A stretch of DNA of 64,000 nt from a virus, in IMG/VR virus record IMGVR_UViG_3300042508_000428; one strand, written 5' to 3'. Under the pieces are notes generated by a model. The model did no database searches and was not told the origin of the DNA. It saw only the letters and a program-made list of their open reading frames with translations. Below, in pieces: positions 22,084 through 32,599 of the stretch (positions within the stretch are counted from its first letter, which is position 1; the number at the start of each line of letters is the position of its first letter). The position numbers and the translations under genes were made by a program.

Positions 22084-24414
22084 ATGGCAACACCTAAAAC
22101 CTCACCAAAAGCTAAAGAAACATTCCCAAACGGAAATGTAATAGATGTTAATAAATTATTAGATCCAAGCGTTTCTGTATCAAATCAGTTTGAGGATAAG
22201 ATAAGAAAAGCAGTAAAATTTATAAATGATATAAATGTTTATACTTTTGATTTTAAACAAGCGGAAGAAACAAAAAAGTTTTTTAAAGATTTTAAACTTA
22301 CAGAGTATGGAGCAAAAACAGGTCCAGAACCACCAAAATTTATTTATGATGTAATAAAAACAAACATCATTGATCAATTATATAATTTCTTTAATAATAT
22401 ATTAAAAGAAGATTTTAAACAACTTGGATTGTCTCCAAATCAATTATTTAAGCAATTAATAGTTGGTCTTAAGGTAAAAACTTATGATCCAAAAGTGAAA
22501 GCAATAATTGATGAAAAAGCAAAAAATTTTAATACGAATCCTATTCCTGCATCTTTATTCATAAATTATGTTTATGATAATCCAAATGTATTGATTCCAA
22601 AAACAAGAATACCAAAACTTCTATTTATCACTGGTGATTCAAATCAATTTTATGATACTTCTCCAATAGTCATAAATCAAGAAGAAATAATTAAATATTT
22701 AAATATAAAAAATGCTCCTTTTGAGCAAATTGGATTTAAAATAGAAAATTATTTCTTATATAAAATAATTGATTCTAAAAAGTCAACTGAAAAATTAAGT
22801 GAAAAAACCGCAGAGGAGTATTTAAAAACAGTTAAGGAAATTTATCAGAGTTTTTTATTCGATATTGATCAAGTTTTTAATAAAGAGTCTGTTAATTCGC
22901 CAGCTGCTAAACAAAAAGTAAAAAATGCCATACAATTAGTAATAAACAAAATCAATGAAATTGATTCATATATTGCTATAAACGAAAATAAGATAATTTT
23001 TCCTCCTCAAGAACAAATTAAAGATAAAAAAGATTTATATAATTTTATTGTTAAATACGGATTGGATCAAAAAAATTTAATTGAGTCTCTTAAAGATATT
23101 TCATTAAATGCCATAAAATTAATGGAGCAAATAGGGCCTCTTTTACCCAAAAGTCCAAATCAAACATCTTCTGGATATTCAGAAACGCTAAAAGAGTTTG
23201 AAAAATTTTTAATAGATCCACTATTTCAAACAATAGATAGAAGATATAAAGATTTTGTAAAATATTATACAAAATTAGAAGAGGAAATAGGCAAAAAAGT
23301 ATTACCATATTTAAAAATTCTTTCTACATCATTTGTAAAATTTCCAATATACAAATATACAGAAGAGTTAGTAAATCCAAAATTTTATGGACCAACTCCA
23401 GATTTGGATATAGATTTATTATATGATAAAAAAGTTGATATATATAAAAACAAAGACCCAAAACTTTTGTTTACTTTTCAAAAACCTCAACTTTTATCGC
23501 ATGAGAAAATATTAGTCCCAATTTTTAATAAAGAAGGAAAAAATAATTATAAACCATCAAAAGAGCAAGAATTTATTAACGCTCTACAACCAACAAAAAT
23601 ATTTGTTTATAGAGCAGATTATGAAATAAAAAACCTAACTCCTGATTTATTATCTGATGGAAATTTGTTAAAAGAATTAGATGTAAAAAGTGATAATTTA
23701 TCTTTTTATGATATTTTAGAACCAAATAAAAATTATTATTATTTTTACGTTTCTAAATTTACAAAACCAACTGATGAAACAGTTTATTTAATAGACAACA
23801 ACTATGTTATTATAAGCGGAGAAGATTTATATTGGTTTTGCTCTCCAATTATAAAAGTTAAATTAGTTAAAGACTCAAATTTTTATTTTCTTGAAACTGA
23901 TACTTTGACTGAAAATGATTTTATAGAAACAAAATATGAAGAAAGTTTTAAAAACAAGATATCAATAACACCAAAATCAAAACCTTTTGGTTATGGTGGT
24001 AGTAGCTTTGCAAGCGGTCAAGAAAACTATTTAAAAATTAGAGTTACATCTTCGAAAACAAATAAAAAATTAGATTTAAATCTAAAATATACAATTAACA
24101 AAGAAAAGAAAAATATGAAAAATTATGAAAAAGAAAAACTAAAACCAGAAATGGTAGAAGATCTAAACGATGAAATAGTAAAAAATATTATAAAAAGCAA
24201 ATTTAAAAATCAAAATGTAACAGAACTTATAAACAACATAGTAAAAGCGGAAGAAAGTTCATTAAAGATTGAAACAACTAATTTAAAAATACCTGTTAAT
24301 TCTGTTCTAAATACAGCGTTAGCAGAGGCGATTATTATAGAATCAACAATAAATACTATAGATAATGTAGATAAAGAAATTGATGCAATAGGAAAATTGT
24401 TTCCAAAAAAATAA
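22084..24414 (+). CDS. Hypothetical protein
   Basis: 776-aa Lys-rich ORF; no motif recognised. Confidence 0.45.
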   Translation: MATPKTSPKAKETFPNGNVIDVNKLLDPSVSVSNQFEDKIRKAVKFINDINVYTFDFKQAEETKKFFKDFKLTEYGAKTGPEPPKFIYDVIKTNIIDQLYNFFNNILKEDFKQLGLSPNQLFKQLIVGLKVKTYDPKVKAIIDEKAKNFNTNPIPASLFINYVYDNPNVLIPKTRIPKLLFITGDSNQFYDTSPIVINQEEIIKYLNIKNAPFEQIGFKIENYFLYKIIDSKKSTEKLSEKTAEEYLKTVKEIYQSFLFDIDQVFNKESVNSPAAKQKVKNAIQLVINKINEIDSYIAINENKIIFPPQEQIKDKKDLYNFIVKYGLDQKNLIESLKDISLNAIKLMEQIGPLLPKSPNQTSSGYSETLKEFEKFLIDPLFQTIDRRYKDFVKYYTKLEEEIGKKVLPYLKILSTSFVKFPIYKYTEELVNPKFYGPTPDLDIDLLYDKKVDIYKNKDPKLLFTFQKPQLLSHEKILVPIFNKEGKNNYKPSKEQEFINALQPTKIFVYRADYEIKNLTPDLLSDGNLLKELDVKSDNLSFYDILEPNKNYYYFYVSKFTKPTDETVYLIDNNYVIISGEDLYWFCSPIIKVKLVKDSNFYFLETDTLTENDFIETKYEESFKNKISITPKSKPFGYGGSSFASGQENYLKIRVTSSKTNKKLDLNLKYTINKEKKNMKNYEKEKLKPEMVEDLNDEIVKNIIKSKFKNQNVTELINNIVKAEESSLKIETTNLKIPVNSVLNTALAEAIIIESTINTIDNVDKEIDAIGKLFPKK

Positions 24415-24456
24415 AAAGCAATTTCATACTATTTAGTAAAGAGCAGGAGATAAAAA

Positions 24457-25524
24457 ATGTCATTTTTAAATAACAGCGGTGATATAATTGTAGATGCGGT
24501 ATTGACTGATGTAGGCAGACAAAAATTAGCTCAAGGTGGCGGAAATTTTTTAGTGACGAAATTTGCCCTCGGTGATGCAGAAATTGACTATAGATTATAT
24601 AATATAAACAATCCAAGTGGTTCTGCATATTATGATTTAAGCATACTACAAACGCCCATATTTGAACCTTCTACATATGCAGTAGCAGACCTAACAAGCA
24701 AGTTAATAACTTTAACAGATAATAATTTATTATATCTTCCAGCGATGAAGTTGAATCAAAGTCAATTTACAACACAAACTCCAGTTTTAACAATTGATTC
24801 AAATACAGAAGCTCTTGATCTAATTGCCACTGACAACTTTGCGACTTTTATTTCCAACAATGTAACAACAAGTTTGTTGGACGGAAGAATTAATTTACCA
24901 AGCAATGTTGCAAATCCAGCAAACAATTTAGCATCCTCTGTAGCGTTTAGAAGTTCAGAGTTGGTGAAAAGAATAGTTAAAGTTTCTCAAGGATTTGATA
25001 ACCCATTAACAAATGTTTCTTTGAAAAACAACGGTACAAATCAGAATCCAGACCTAGAAGAAACATCTTTTTCTATTTATGTAAACAGACTTTTCTTACA
25101 AGTTGGAGACAACAACTTACAAACAGATACTGTTTTGCCAGTCTTTTCTACAAACACATTTAATAGAACTCAAACATCTGATGTCTATAAAGTGGATGTA
25201 GTTAATAATCCAAATTTCTTTGGTGAAGTAGAAACATATAATGACGGAACTGTCACAAAATTAGCAACAAGTTTAAATGCGCTTGGTATTGATCAGGTTG
25301 GAAAAGAATTACAATTTTCTTTAAAAATTTCTAATATTTTAGCAAGCAATCCATCATATTACTTTACTACATTTGGTTCTGCTCTAGGAACTGGTTATAT
25401 TGTTTCGGGAAAAACACTATCTAGTTCTGATAGTATTTATATGATTTCTACAACAGTAAGAGTGGTTGGTAATACATATGGGTACTCTATTGATATACCA
25501 GTCAAATTATTTTATAAGGCATAA
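24457..25524 (+). CDS. Putative baseplate/tail-fibre attachment protein
   Basis: N-terminus DAVLTDVGRQKLAQG...VTKFALGDAEIDY resembles N-terminal tail-collar (P2 gpH/DUF3751-like) motif; AGGAG SD and ACTATTTA motif upstream. Confidence 0.55.
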   Translation: MSFLNNSGDIIVDAVLTDVGRQKLAQGGGNFLVTKFALGDAEIDYRLYNINNPSGSAYYDLSILQTPIFEPSTYAVADLTSKLITLTDNNLLYLPAMKLNQSQFTTQTPVLTIDSNTEALDLIATDNFATFISNNVTTSLLDGRINLPSNVANPANNLASSVAFRSSELVKRIVKVSQGFDNPLTNVSLKNNGTNQNPDLEETSFSIYVNRLFLQVGDNNLQTDTVLPVFSTNTFNRTQTSDVYKVDVVNNPNFFGEVETYNDGTVTKLATSLNALGIDQVGKELQFSLKISNILASNPSYYFTTFGSALGTGYIVSGKTLSSSDSIYMISTTVRVVGNTYGYSIDIPVKLFYKA

Positions 25525-25536
25525 CGGAGAAAAATA

Positions 25537-26580
25537 ATGATTTATACAACATTAACAGCAGATCAGATTTCTACTGCCAGAGAAACACTTTATGAGTCAA
25601 TTCCAATTACAGGAACTCTTGTTTCTGGGACATACGGAACTTATCCAGATGATACAAACGTTTTAAAGTATACAGCAAGTCATGGATTGTTTGAATCTGT
25701 ATATGATTATCCGTATGCCAGTTCTTCGGCAAATAGTATATTTGATCTTACATACGGAGTTAGAAGCGGAAGTTCATTGACACCAGTAACACAGTCTGCT
25801 GAGAAATACAGAATTTATAAAGAGATGGCTCAAACTTTATTTGGATTTGATGTAACTGGTAATGTTAAAAACTTTGTTATTAACGGATCAACTGTAGACA
25901 GAATGTTTTTTGTTAATTTTTCTCGTCTTTTAACAAAAGACGGAATTAAAATTGGTAGTTTTTCTGCTTCTATGGGCACAAGTTCTTGGACAGCTCATAA
26001 ATTTGCAGGTCCTCTATTACAAATGAGTGACAATCCCAGCTCTACATATTTAACTGTTAACAGCGATTCTCCAGTAGGTCAATATTGGAAAATATATAGC
26101 GGCTCAACATATACAGACGCAAATCAAATTGGTTTCTTGTTTTACCAACAAGGAGTTTTAGCTTTAAATCAAGGTAATTCTGTATTTAATTCTTTGGCTT
26201 ATAGCAGTTCGGTTTCAAACCCTCCAGGAGGTTATTTAAGTGGTTCGTTATTGGCATCTACGGGAACTATTACTGAAATCTCTGATGCATTTAGAAAACA
26301 CGTTAATAATCTTCAATTTCAAAACACTGTTCAAATTAATTCAACAATTTATAATTGCCAAGTTGGATTAAATCAATACAATTACAGTTCAAACATCACA
26401 TATACATCTGCAAGTCAAATTGTTGTTAAGAATAGTGTTATTGACACTCCAGTAACTTATATAACAACAGTTGGTTTATATGATGACACAGATCAGCTTT
26501 TAGCAGTTGCTAAACTATCAGAACCACTAAGAAAGACCTCTGCCGATTCAATTAATTTAAGAGTAAGATTGGATTATTAA
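25537..26580 (+). CDS. Putative baseplate/tail protein
   Basis: C-terminal YITTVGLYDDTDQLLAVAKLSEPLRK motif, shared with next gene. Confidence 0.55.
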   Translation: MIYTTLTADQISTARETLYESIPITGTLVSGTYGTYPDDTNVLKYTASHGLFESVYDYPYASSSANSIFDLTYGVRSGSSLTPVTQSAEKYRIYKEMAQTLFGFDVTGNVKNFVINGSTVDRMFFVNFSRLLTKDGIKIGSFSASMGTSSWTAHKFAGPLLQMSDNPSSTYLTVNSDSPVGQYWKIYSGSTYTDANQIGFLFYQQGVLALNQGNSVFNSLAYSSSVSNPPGGYLSGSLLASTGTITEISDAFRKHVNNLQFQNTVQINSTIYNCQVGLNQYNYSSNITYTSASQIVVKNSVIDTPVTYITTVGLYDDTDQLLAVAKLSEPLRKTSADSINLRVRLDY

Positions 26581-26586
26581 AAGTGT

Positions 26587-27834
26587 ATGAAAAAACTTAC
26601 AAACAATGACATATTTTATAATGATATTTTGGCTAAACCAAAATATGTTATAACTATGCAATCTGGTTCTTTAAGAATTAATGATCAAATTAATCAGAAT
26701 CAAGAGAAAAGTTCTTCTATATCGATCATAGAATATCCAAGAACATATTCATATGAAAGCTCAAATAAAGCAAACTATTCTGGCTCATATCAATATAGTT
26801 CCTCTATCAATAGAGAATTTATATATGCAACAAGTTCTATATTTGGAACAATTTTTAACTCAAATTACACGGACTATTCCTCTCTAAAGAAAATTTTAGT
26901 TTTAAAAAATGTTTTTAAAGATTATGTCATAGAAAATGAATATGCAAAAATTGACTATTATCTTTTAAACAACGGCTTACCATTGGTGCAAAAAGTAGAA
27001 CCTGGTGATACAATAAACAAGTCTTTAGATATAAACAAATATGCATATTATATTAGACCCTCTTCTTCAATAAATTTAATTACAATTCCAAACTTCTTCT
27101 ATGGAAGTTATATAAACCCTGGAAGTGTTCATTTAAATATGTATGTCTCTGGCGTATTAACTGCGTCTGCGGTAGATACTAATAAAAATGGTAAATTGAT
27201 ACAAACATACGGCGGAACAACGGGTAGTGTTGTAGGAAGTGTTTTTTACGATCATGGAATAATACTTTTAACTGGATCACAGCAACTTTCTAGTCAGCAA
27301 GCTCCATACATACAACCACTTACATCATCTAACTCAGCGGTAAATGATTATTTGAAATGGATACACTTTGGGTCTTATATCGGAGTTACTGGATCTGCTC
27401 CAGAAACAAAATATGAATTGACATTTCAAGGAACAAATTATGTTCCAACATTAACGATGTTTTGTCACGCAGAAAAAAATGAATTATTTTGGAGCAACAA
27501 TAGATCATTTATAGAAGCAGGACAGGGTGAAGAATTATATGTTGGACAGTCAACTTCTTCTATGAACAACAGTGGTCAAGTTTATTACGCAGAAAGCGGA
27601 AGTTTTTTATTGCCCTCTGACAATACGTTTAAAGAAAATCCATATGTTATAATCAAAAATACAATTTCTAGTTCTTTTGCTCATTACAGTGCATCCTACC
27701 AACCACAAGTATTCATCAGTCAAATTGGTATTTATGATGAAGAAAAAAATCTAATAGGTATTGCTAAATTAGCAAATCCGGTGAGAAAAACAAAAGAATT
27801 GGATTATACATTTAAACTTAAGATTGATATGTAA
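26587..27834 (+). CDS. Putative baseplate/tail protein (paralogue of 25537)
   Basis: C-terminal FISQIGIYDEEKNLIGIAKLANPVRK; internal GSVFYDHGIILL matches GFLFYQQGVLAL of 25537. Confidence 0.55.
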   Translation: MKKLTNNDIFYNDILAKPKYVITMQSGSLRINDQINQNQEKSSSISIIEYPRTYSYESSNKANYSGSYQYSSSINREFIYATSSIFGTIFNSNYTDYSSLKKILVLKNVFKDYVIENEYAKIDYYLLNNGLPLVQKVEPGDTINKSLDINKYAYYIRPSSSINLITIPNFFYGSYINPGSVHLNMYVSGVLTASAVDTNKNGKLIQTYGGTTGSVVGSVFYDHGIILLTGSQQLSSQQAPYIQPLTSSNSAVNDYLKWIHFGSYIGVTGSAPETKYELTFQGTNYVPTLTMFCHAEKNELFWSNNRSFIEAGQGEELYVGQSTSSMNNSGQVYYAESGSFLLPSDNTFKENPYVIIKNTISSSFAHYSASYQPQVFISQIGIYDEEKNLIGIAKLANPVRKTKELDYTFKLKIDM

Positions 27835-27840
27835 TATAAT
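27835..27840 (+). promoter_or_regulatory. Candidate sigma70-type -10 box (TATAAT) 7 nt before ruvC ATG
   Basis: gtaaTATAATgttttt-ATG; weak -35; no SD. Confidence 0.35.
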
Positions 27841-27846
27841 GTTTTT

Positions 27847-28371
27847 ATGATTTTAGGACTTGATATTTCAACAACAACCACCGCCTTTACTGTCTTAGAC
27901 GAAGATGGTAAGATTGTCTTATGCGAAGCGGTGAGATTAGAAAAACTTAAAGATCTATTTGTTAAAGCTTCAAACATTAAAAAGTATGTCGAAAATATCA
28001 ACAAAACATACGATATTAAAGCAGTCTATGTAGAAGAGCCTCTCATGTCTTTCTCTGCTGGAATGTCTTCTGCTAAAACAATTTCAACACTAATGAGGTT
28101 CAATGGCATTGTGTCTTGGATCTGTTGTGATGTGATAGGTTTGGATCCTCAGTTTATCTCCGCAGGAACAGCGAGGAAAATGTATGGGATTAAACTGGAA
28201 AAAGGTAAGAAGGCAAAAGAAGTCGTATTTGAAGCAGTGCTTGACCGAGAACCCGACTTCAAGGTAGAATACACCGCCCATGGCAATCCAGTACCTGGAT
28301 CTATGGATAGAAGCGATAGTTTTATTATTGCTAAAGCCGGTTATTTACAATGGAAATCACTGAAAAGTTAA
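27847..28371 (+). CDS. ruvC: Holliday junction resolvase, RuvC-like (RNase H fold)
   Basis: ILGLDISTTTTAF (catalytic D), AVYVEEP (E), C-terminal DRSDSFIIA (D-x-x-D). Confidence 0.85.
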   Translation: MILGLDISTTTTAFTVLDEDGKIVLCEAVRLEKLKDLFVKASNIKKYVENINKTYDIKAVYVEEPLMSFSAGMSSAKTISTLMRFNGIVSWICCDVIGLDPQFISAGTARKMYGIKLEKGKKAKEVVFEAVLDREPDFKVEYTAHGNPVPGSMDRSDSFIIAKAGYLQWKSLKS

Positions 28372-29288
28372 ACATAGTTAGTTCATTTCTTGGGGATTAT
28401 CACAAGACAGGAAATGAATTTTTATTTTTTTGTCCCTTCTGTAAACATCACAAAAGAAAAATGTCCCTTAACTTTGACAAGGGCAAGTATAAATGTTGGG
28501 TCTGTGATACAGCAGGCAACATTCGCAAACTTGTTCGAAAGAAAGGTACATTTGAAGCATTCCAAAAGTGGAAGATGCTTGATGGTGAAATTGACCTAAA
28601 TACAAATTTAGATGATCTATTCTTAGACAAAGAGGAGTCTATCGAGGAAATCTTCTCTCTACCAGAGAAGTTCGTTTCTCTTACTGGTCTAGAGCATTCT
28701 CTTGCCCATACAAAGCCTTTAAACTATCTTAAGAAGCGAGGACTTACACAGCAGGATATTCTTTATTGGAAAGTGGGATTCTGTTTTGACGGAGAATATA
28801 AAAACAGAGTTGTCTTCCCGTCTTTCAACTCTAACGGAGACTTAAATTATTTTGTTGGTAGAACGATTACGGGTGAAAAATTTAATAAATTCAAGATGCC
28901 ACCAGCATCCAAAGATATTGTTTTTAATGAGTTGTATCTTGATTTTGACTCCGACATAATACTTACGGAGGGAATATTTGATGCCGTAAAGGCAGGACAG
29001 AATTCTGTTCCTCTTCTTGGTTCAACTCTAAGAGAAGAAAACAAACTTTTTCAAAGGATTGTAAATTATGATACGGCAGTTTATCTTGCTCTTGATCCAG
29101 ATGCGAAGAAAAAAGAAAATGAACTCATTAAAAAATTCATTAACTACGGAGTCGAAACATACAAAGTAGAAATTTCTCCATACAAAGACGCAGGAGAAAT
29201 GACAAAAGAAGAATTCCAAAAACGAAAGTCAGAAGCAAAACGAATGACTTATGAAACACTACTACAACAAGAATTAGAGGTTGCTTGA
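28350..29288 (+). CDS. dnaG: DNA primase (Zn-binding + TOPRIM)
   Basis: CPFCKHH...KCWVC zinc domain; ILTEGIFDAV and LALDPDA TOPRIM motifs; YFVGR. Confidence 0.88.
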   Translation: MEITEKLNIVSSFLGDYHKTGNEFLFFCPFCKHHKRKMSLNFDKGKYKCWVCDTAGNIRKLVRKKGTFEAFQKWKMLDGEIDLNTNLDDLFLDKEESIEEIFSLPEKFVSLTGLEHSLAHTKPLNYLKKRGLTQQDILYWKVGFCFDGEYKNRVVFPSFNSNGDLNYFVGRTITGEKFNKFKMPPASKDIVFNELYLDFDSDIILTEGIFDAVKAGQNSVPLLGSTLREENKLFQRIVNYDTAVYLALDPDAKKKENELIKKFINYGVETYKVEISPYKDAGEMTKEEFQKRKSEAKRMTYETLLQQELEVA

Positions 29289-32200
29289 TGAAATTTGCCC
29301 ACATAGCAGACATTCACATTAAAAATTTAAAACACCACAACACTTACGAACATATTTTTGGGCAACTATACAATGCCGTAGAAAAAGAAGAAGTTGATTG
29401 TATCGTATGTTGCGGAGACATTGCTCATACGAAAACAAACATTTCACCAGAATTTGTTGAGATGGCAAGTAGATTATTTAACAATCTTGCCGACATTGCT
29501 CCTCTTTATATTATTCTCGGCAATCACGACGGCAACTTAAAGAATGCCGATAGACAGGATGCTATTACTCCAATTGTGGAAGCAATCAATAATCCAAGAA
29601 TTAAGTTGCTTAAAAACTCCGGTGAGTTTCATATCAACGAAGAATTTTGTTTAAATGTTTTATCGATCTTTGATCGAGATAACTGGATTAAACCATCAAA
29701 CCCAGATAAAATTAACATTGCTCTTTACCACGGGGCAATTCAAGGAGCAAAAACGGATACTGGTTGGGCGATGAAAGATACGGACGATAGTATCAACATC
29801 TTTGATGATTTTGATTTTGCTTTTCTTGGAGACATTCATAAACAACAATTTTTAACAGATAGAGTTGCCTATTGTGGTTCAACAATTCAACAGAATTTTG
29901 GAGAAGAGATAAACAAAGGTATTCTTGTATGGACAATCAAAGACAAGAAAAACTTCTCTGTTAAACCAGTTAACTTTCAAAATCCAAGTCCTTTTATAAC
30001 TTGTGAATATTCTGGTGTTAATCCAGTGGTTCCTGCGGGTTCAAATGTTAGAATTGTTTTAGATAAGTATTATGATCAAGAGTTCATTGAAAAACTCAAG
30101 AGAGATATTCAACTTCGTTGTAATATAAAGTCAATTCTCATAGTTAATAAACATGCGAAGGAAGTAGAAAACAAAGTAGAAGATACCGATAAAACAAAAT
30201 TAAACTTGAGAGACAATAATGTTCAGCAGGATCTAATCAAAGAGTTCTTGTCCTCTGAGAATCTTACAGATGAACAATTACAACAGGTCCTAGATATTAA
30301 TACCAAGTTTAACCTTGATGCTGAAATCAAAGACGAAACAGCAAGAAATGTTAAGTGGGAACTGGCAAAGTTTGAATGGGACAATCTGTTCAACTACAAA
30401 GAAGGGAATAAACTAGATTTCTCTGAACTATCTGGTATTGTTGGTATTTTCGGTAAAAACTATTCAGGAAAATCAAGTGTAATCGATAGTTTACTTTATA
30501 CTCTGTTTAATACCACATCAAAGAATATTCGTAAGAATTTTGATGTGATAAATGAAAGAAAGAATTCTGGTAAAGGTAGAATTGAAATAAAAACGGGCAA
30601 CGGAGAATATGTTGTTTTAAGAGAGACAGAAAAGAATATTAAGAAGTCAAAGGGCAAACTGGTTGAAGAAGGAAAGACTTCTGTTGATTTTGAGTTTACA
30701 GATGTTTCTTTGAATATTAATTCTTTAAACGGAAATGATAGAAACGAGACAGATAAGAACATTCGCAAGGAAATAGGAACCTATGAGGACTTTTGTAATA
30801 CCTCCTTATCAACTCAACATGGATCCCTTGATTTCATTAATGAAGGTTCGGCAAGAAGAAAAGAAATCTTAGCGAATTTTCTTGATCTTCAAATATTTGA
30901 AAATAAATATAAACCAGCGAATCAATATGCAAATGAACTTAAGTCTTTAATTAAAAAATTAGAGATAAAAGATTATTCAAAGATTCTTGTAGATATTCAT
31001 TTTAAGCACCATGCTTCTCTTAATGTTTTGTCAGAGGTAAATGAGTCTGTTGAGTCGTTAAAACAAGAACAAGAGTTATTACAGGACAAACTCAACAAAT
31101 TAACAGCAGATCTAGCAAAAGTAGAGGACCCAATTGATATTGAGAAGATTACTTCTTTACAAGAACAACTTAACTCTAAATTATCTCAAATAGAATCTTT
31201 GATCAGTGATAAAAAAACTGAACTAAAAACTCACGAAGATACAATTGCTAAGATTAATGAAGTCATTGAAAGACTAAATGTTGAAGAACTTAAAAAGAAA
31301 CAAGAAACCTCCAAGAAAATTACAAAAGAAATCGATGCGATCTTGTATGATAAGAAACTAAAAAATAATTCTTTATCAATCTACAAGAAGTCAGCAGGAC
31401 TTATAGAGACTGTACCCTGCGGGAAAGATCAATACAAAGATTGTTCTTTTAAAAAGAATGCTTATGAATCATTAGAAGAGATTTCAATTGTTGAACTTGC
31501 TCTAAAGTCTCTAGAAGAAAAAGAAGAATTATTAAAAGGTGATCTTCTTAAGTTAGATACTGATAAAGTAAATGAATACTTAGACAAATATTCTAAACTT
31601 CAAATTAAGTCTGGCGACTCCTCAAAGAAAGTTGCTTCTCTTTTAAAAGAATTAGTTGATTTACAAGCAAAGCAATCAAAGATTCAGGAAGAACAGAAAG
31701 AAAACGAGAAACTAATGATTCGCTACGAATCAAATAGAGAACTGTACGAAAACATTGGTGAATTAGAAAAACAAAAAGAATCATTAATTAAAAGCAAATC
31801 ATCTTCATTTGTCCAATTAAAAGAAGAAGAAAACAGACAGAAGAAGGCAATTGCCGATCTTGCTTCAATTGAACAGCAAATAGATTCTTATGAGGAGCAA
31901 ATTGAAGAACTTAATAGATTAAAAAAAGAATACTCGTCTTATGAATTATTCCTTAAGTGTACACATAATAGCGGAATACCATTTGAATTAATCAAGAGAA
32001 CTCTTCCGATTATTAACGAAGAAATTAATTCATTGCTAGCAAATATTGTAGAATTTGAGGCAAGTTTTCAGAATGAAGATGGCAAGTTAGAGATCTATAT
32101 TAAACATCCTAATTCTTCTCCAAGAGCAATCGAAAACTGTTCGGGAGCAGAGAAGTCTCTAGTTGCTATGGCAATTAGATTAGCATTGATTAAATGCGGT

Positions 32201-32410
32201 AGTTTGCCCGTAAGCAACTTGTTTATTCTCGATGAACCAGCAACATCTCTTGATGCTGACCACTTAGAGAGTTTTATTAAGGTTCTAGAAATGATTAAAA
32301 CACAATTTAAGCTTGTATTATTAATCACTCACCTAGATACATTAAAAGATTCGGTTGATAAAATAATTGAGATCAACAAGGACGAAGAGGGATTTGCGTA
32401 TTTCAACTAA
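29288..32410 (+). CDS. sbcD-sbcC: Fused SbcD/Mre11 nuclease - SbcC/Rad50 ATPase (gp47-gp46-like) recombination endonuclease
   Basis: Phosphoesterase motifs ADIH, CGDIAH, GNHD, HG, GDIH in N-terminal ~250 aa; Walker A GKNYSGKSS, coiled coil, signature CSGAE, Walker B/D-loop FILDEPATSLD, H-loop ITH. Confidence 0.92.
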   Translation: MKFAHIADIHIKNLKHHNTYEHIFGQLYNAVEKEEVDCIVCCGDIAHTKTNISPEFVEMASRLFNNLADIAPLYIILGNHDGNLKNADRQDAITPIVEAINNPRIKLLKNSGEFHINEEFCLNVLSIFDRDNWIKPSNPDKINIALYHGAIQGAKTDTGWAMKDTDDSINIFDDFDFAFLGDIHKQQFLTDRVAYCGSTIQQNFGEEINKGILVWTIKDKKNFSVKPVNFQNPSPFITCEYSGVNPVVPAGSNVRIVLDKYYDQEFIEKLKRDIQLRCNIKSILIVNKHAKEVENKVEDTDKTKLNLRDNNVQQDLIKEFLSSENLTDEQLQQVLDINTKFNLDAEIKDETARNVKWELAKFEWDNLFNYKEGNKLDFSELSGIVGIFGKNYSGKSSVIDSLLYTLFNTTSKNIRKNFDVINERKNSGKGRIEIKTGNGEYVVLRETEKNIKKSKGKLVEEGKTSVDFEFTDVSLNINSLNGNDRNETDKNIRKEIGTYEDFCNTSLSTQHGSLDFINEGSARRKEILANFLDLQIFENKYKPANQYANELKSLIKKLEIKDYSKILVDIHFKHHASLNVLSEVNESVESLKQEQELLQDKLNKLTADLAKVEDPIDIEKITSLQEQLNSKLSQIESLISDKKTELKTHEDTIAKINEVIERLNVEELKKKQETSKKITKEIDAILYDKKLKNNSLSIYKKSAGLIETVPCGKDQYKDCSFKKNAYESLEEISIVELALKSLEEKEELLKGDLLKLDTDKVNEYLDKYSKLQIKSGDSSKKVASLLKELVDLQAKQSKIQEEQKENEKLMIRYESNRELYENIGELEKQKESLIKSKSSSFVQLKEEENRQKKAIADLASIEQQIDSYEEQIEELNRLKKEYSSYELFLKCTHNSGIPFELIKRTLPIINEEINSLLANIVEFEASFQNEDGKLEIYIKHPNSSPRAIENCSGAEKSLVAMAIRLALIKCGSLPVSNLFILDEPATSLDADHLESFIKVLEMIKTQFKLVLLITHLDTLKDSVDKIIEINKDEEGFAYFN

Positions 32411-32417
32411 CTATTTA
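32410..32417 (+). promoter_or_regulatory. ACTATTTA late-promoter-like motif
   Basis: One of at least 11 copies, 30 nt upstream of ATG 32440. Confidence 0.6.
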
Positions 32418-32439
32418 TATCACCACTAGGAGGTGCATC

Positions 32440-32508
32440 ATGGCAAAAGGTAATGGAAATGGCAAAAAGCCAGAAAAGAAAGAAGTAAAGAAACCAGTTA
32501 AGAAATAA
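32440..32508 (+). CDS. 22-aa basic peptide MAKGNGNGKKPEKKEVKKPVKK (not in ORF track)
   Basis: Perfect AGGAGGT SD 5-6 nt upstream, own ACTATTTA motif, followed by terminator. Confidence 0.6.
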   Translation: MAKGNGNGKKPEKKEVKKPVKK

Positions 32509-32525
32509 TTTTTCTTCACTTCTAG

Positions 32526-32557
32526 GGCACCAAGAATAAAACCTTGGTGCCTTTTTT
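32526..32557 (+). terminator. Rho-independent terminator
   Basis: GGCACCAAG-aataaaac-CTTGGTGCC 9-bp stem followed by TTTTTT. Confidence 0.85.
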
Positions 32558-32566
32558 ATTTGCGAT

Positions 32567-32574
32567 ACTATTTA
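32567..32574 (+). promoter_or_regulatory. ACTATTTA late-promoter-like motif heading the terminase operon
   Basis: Directly after terminator, 33 nt upstream of ATG 32600. Confidence 0.6.
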
Positions 32575-32599
32575 TTGTATAATCTCAGGAGGATTAGTT

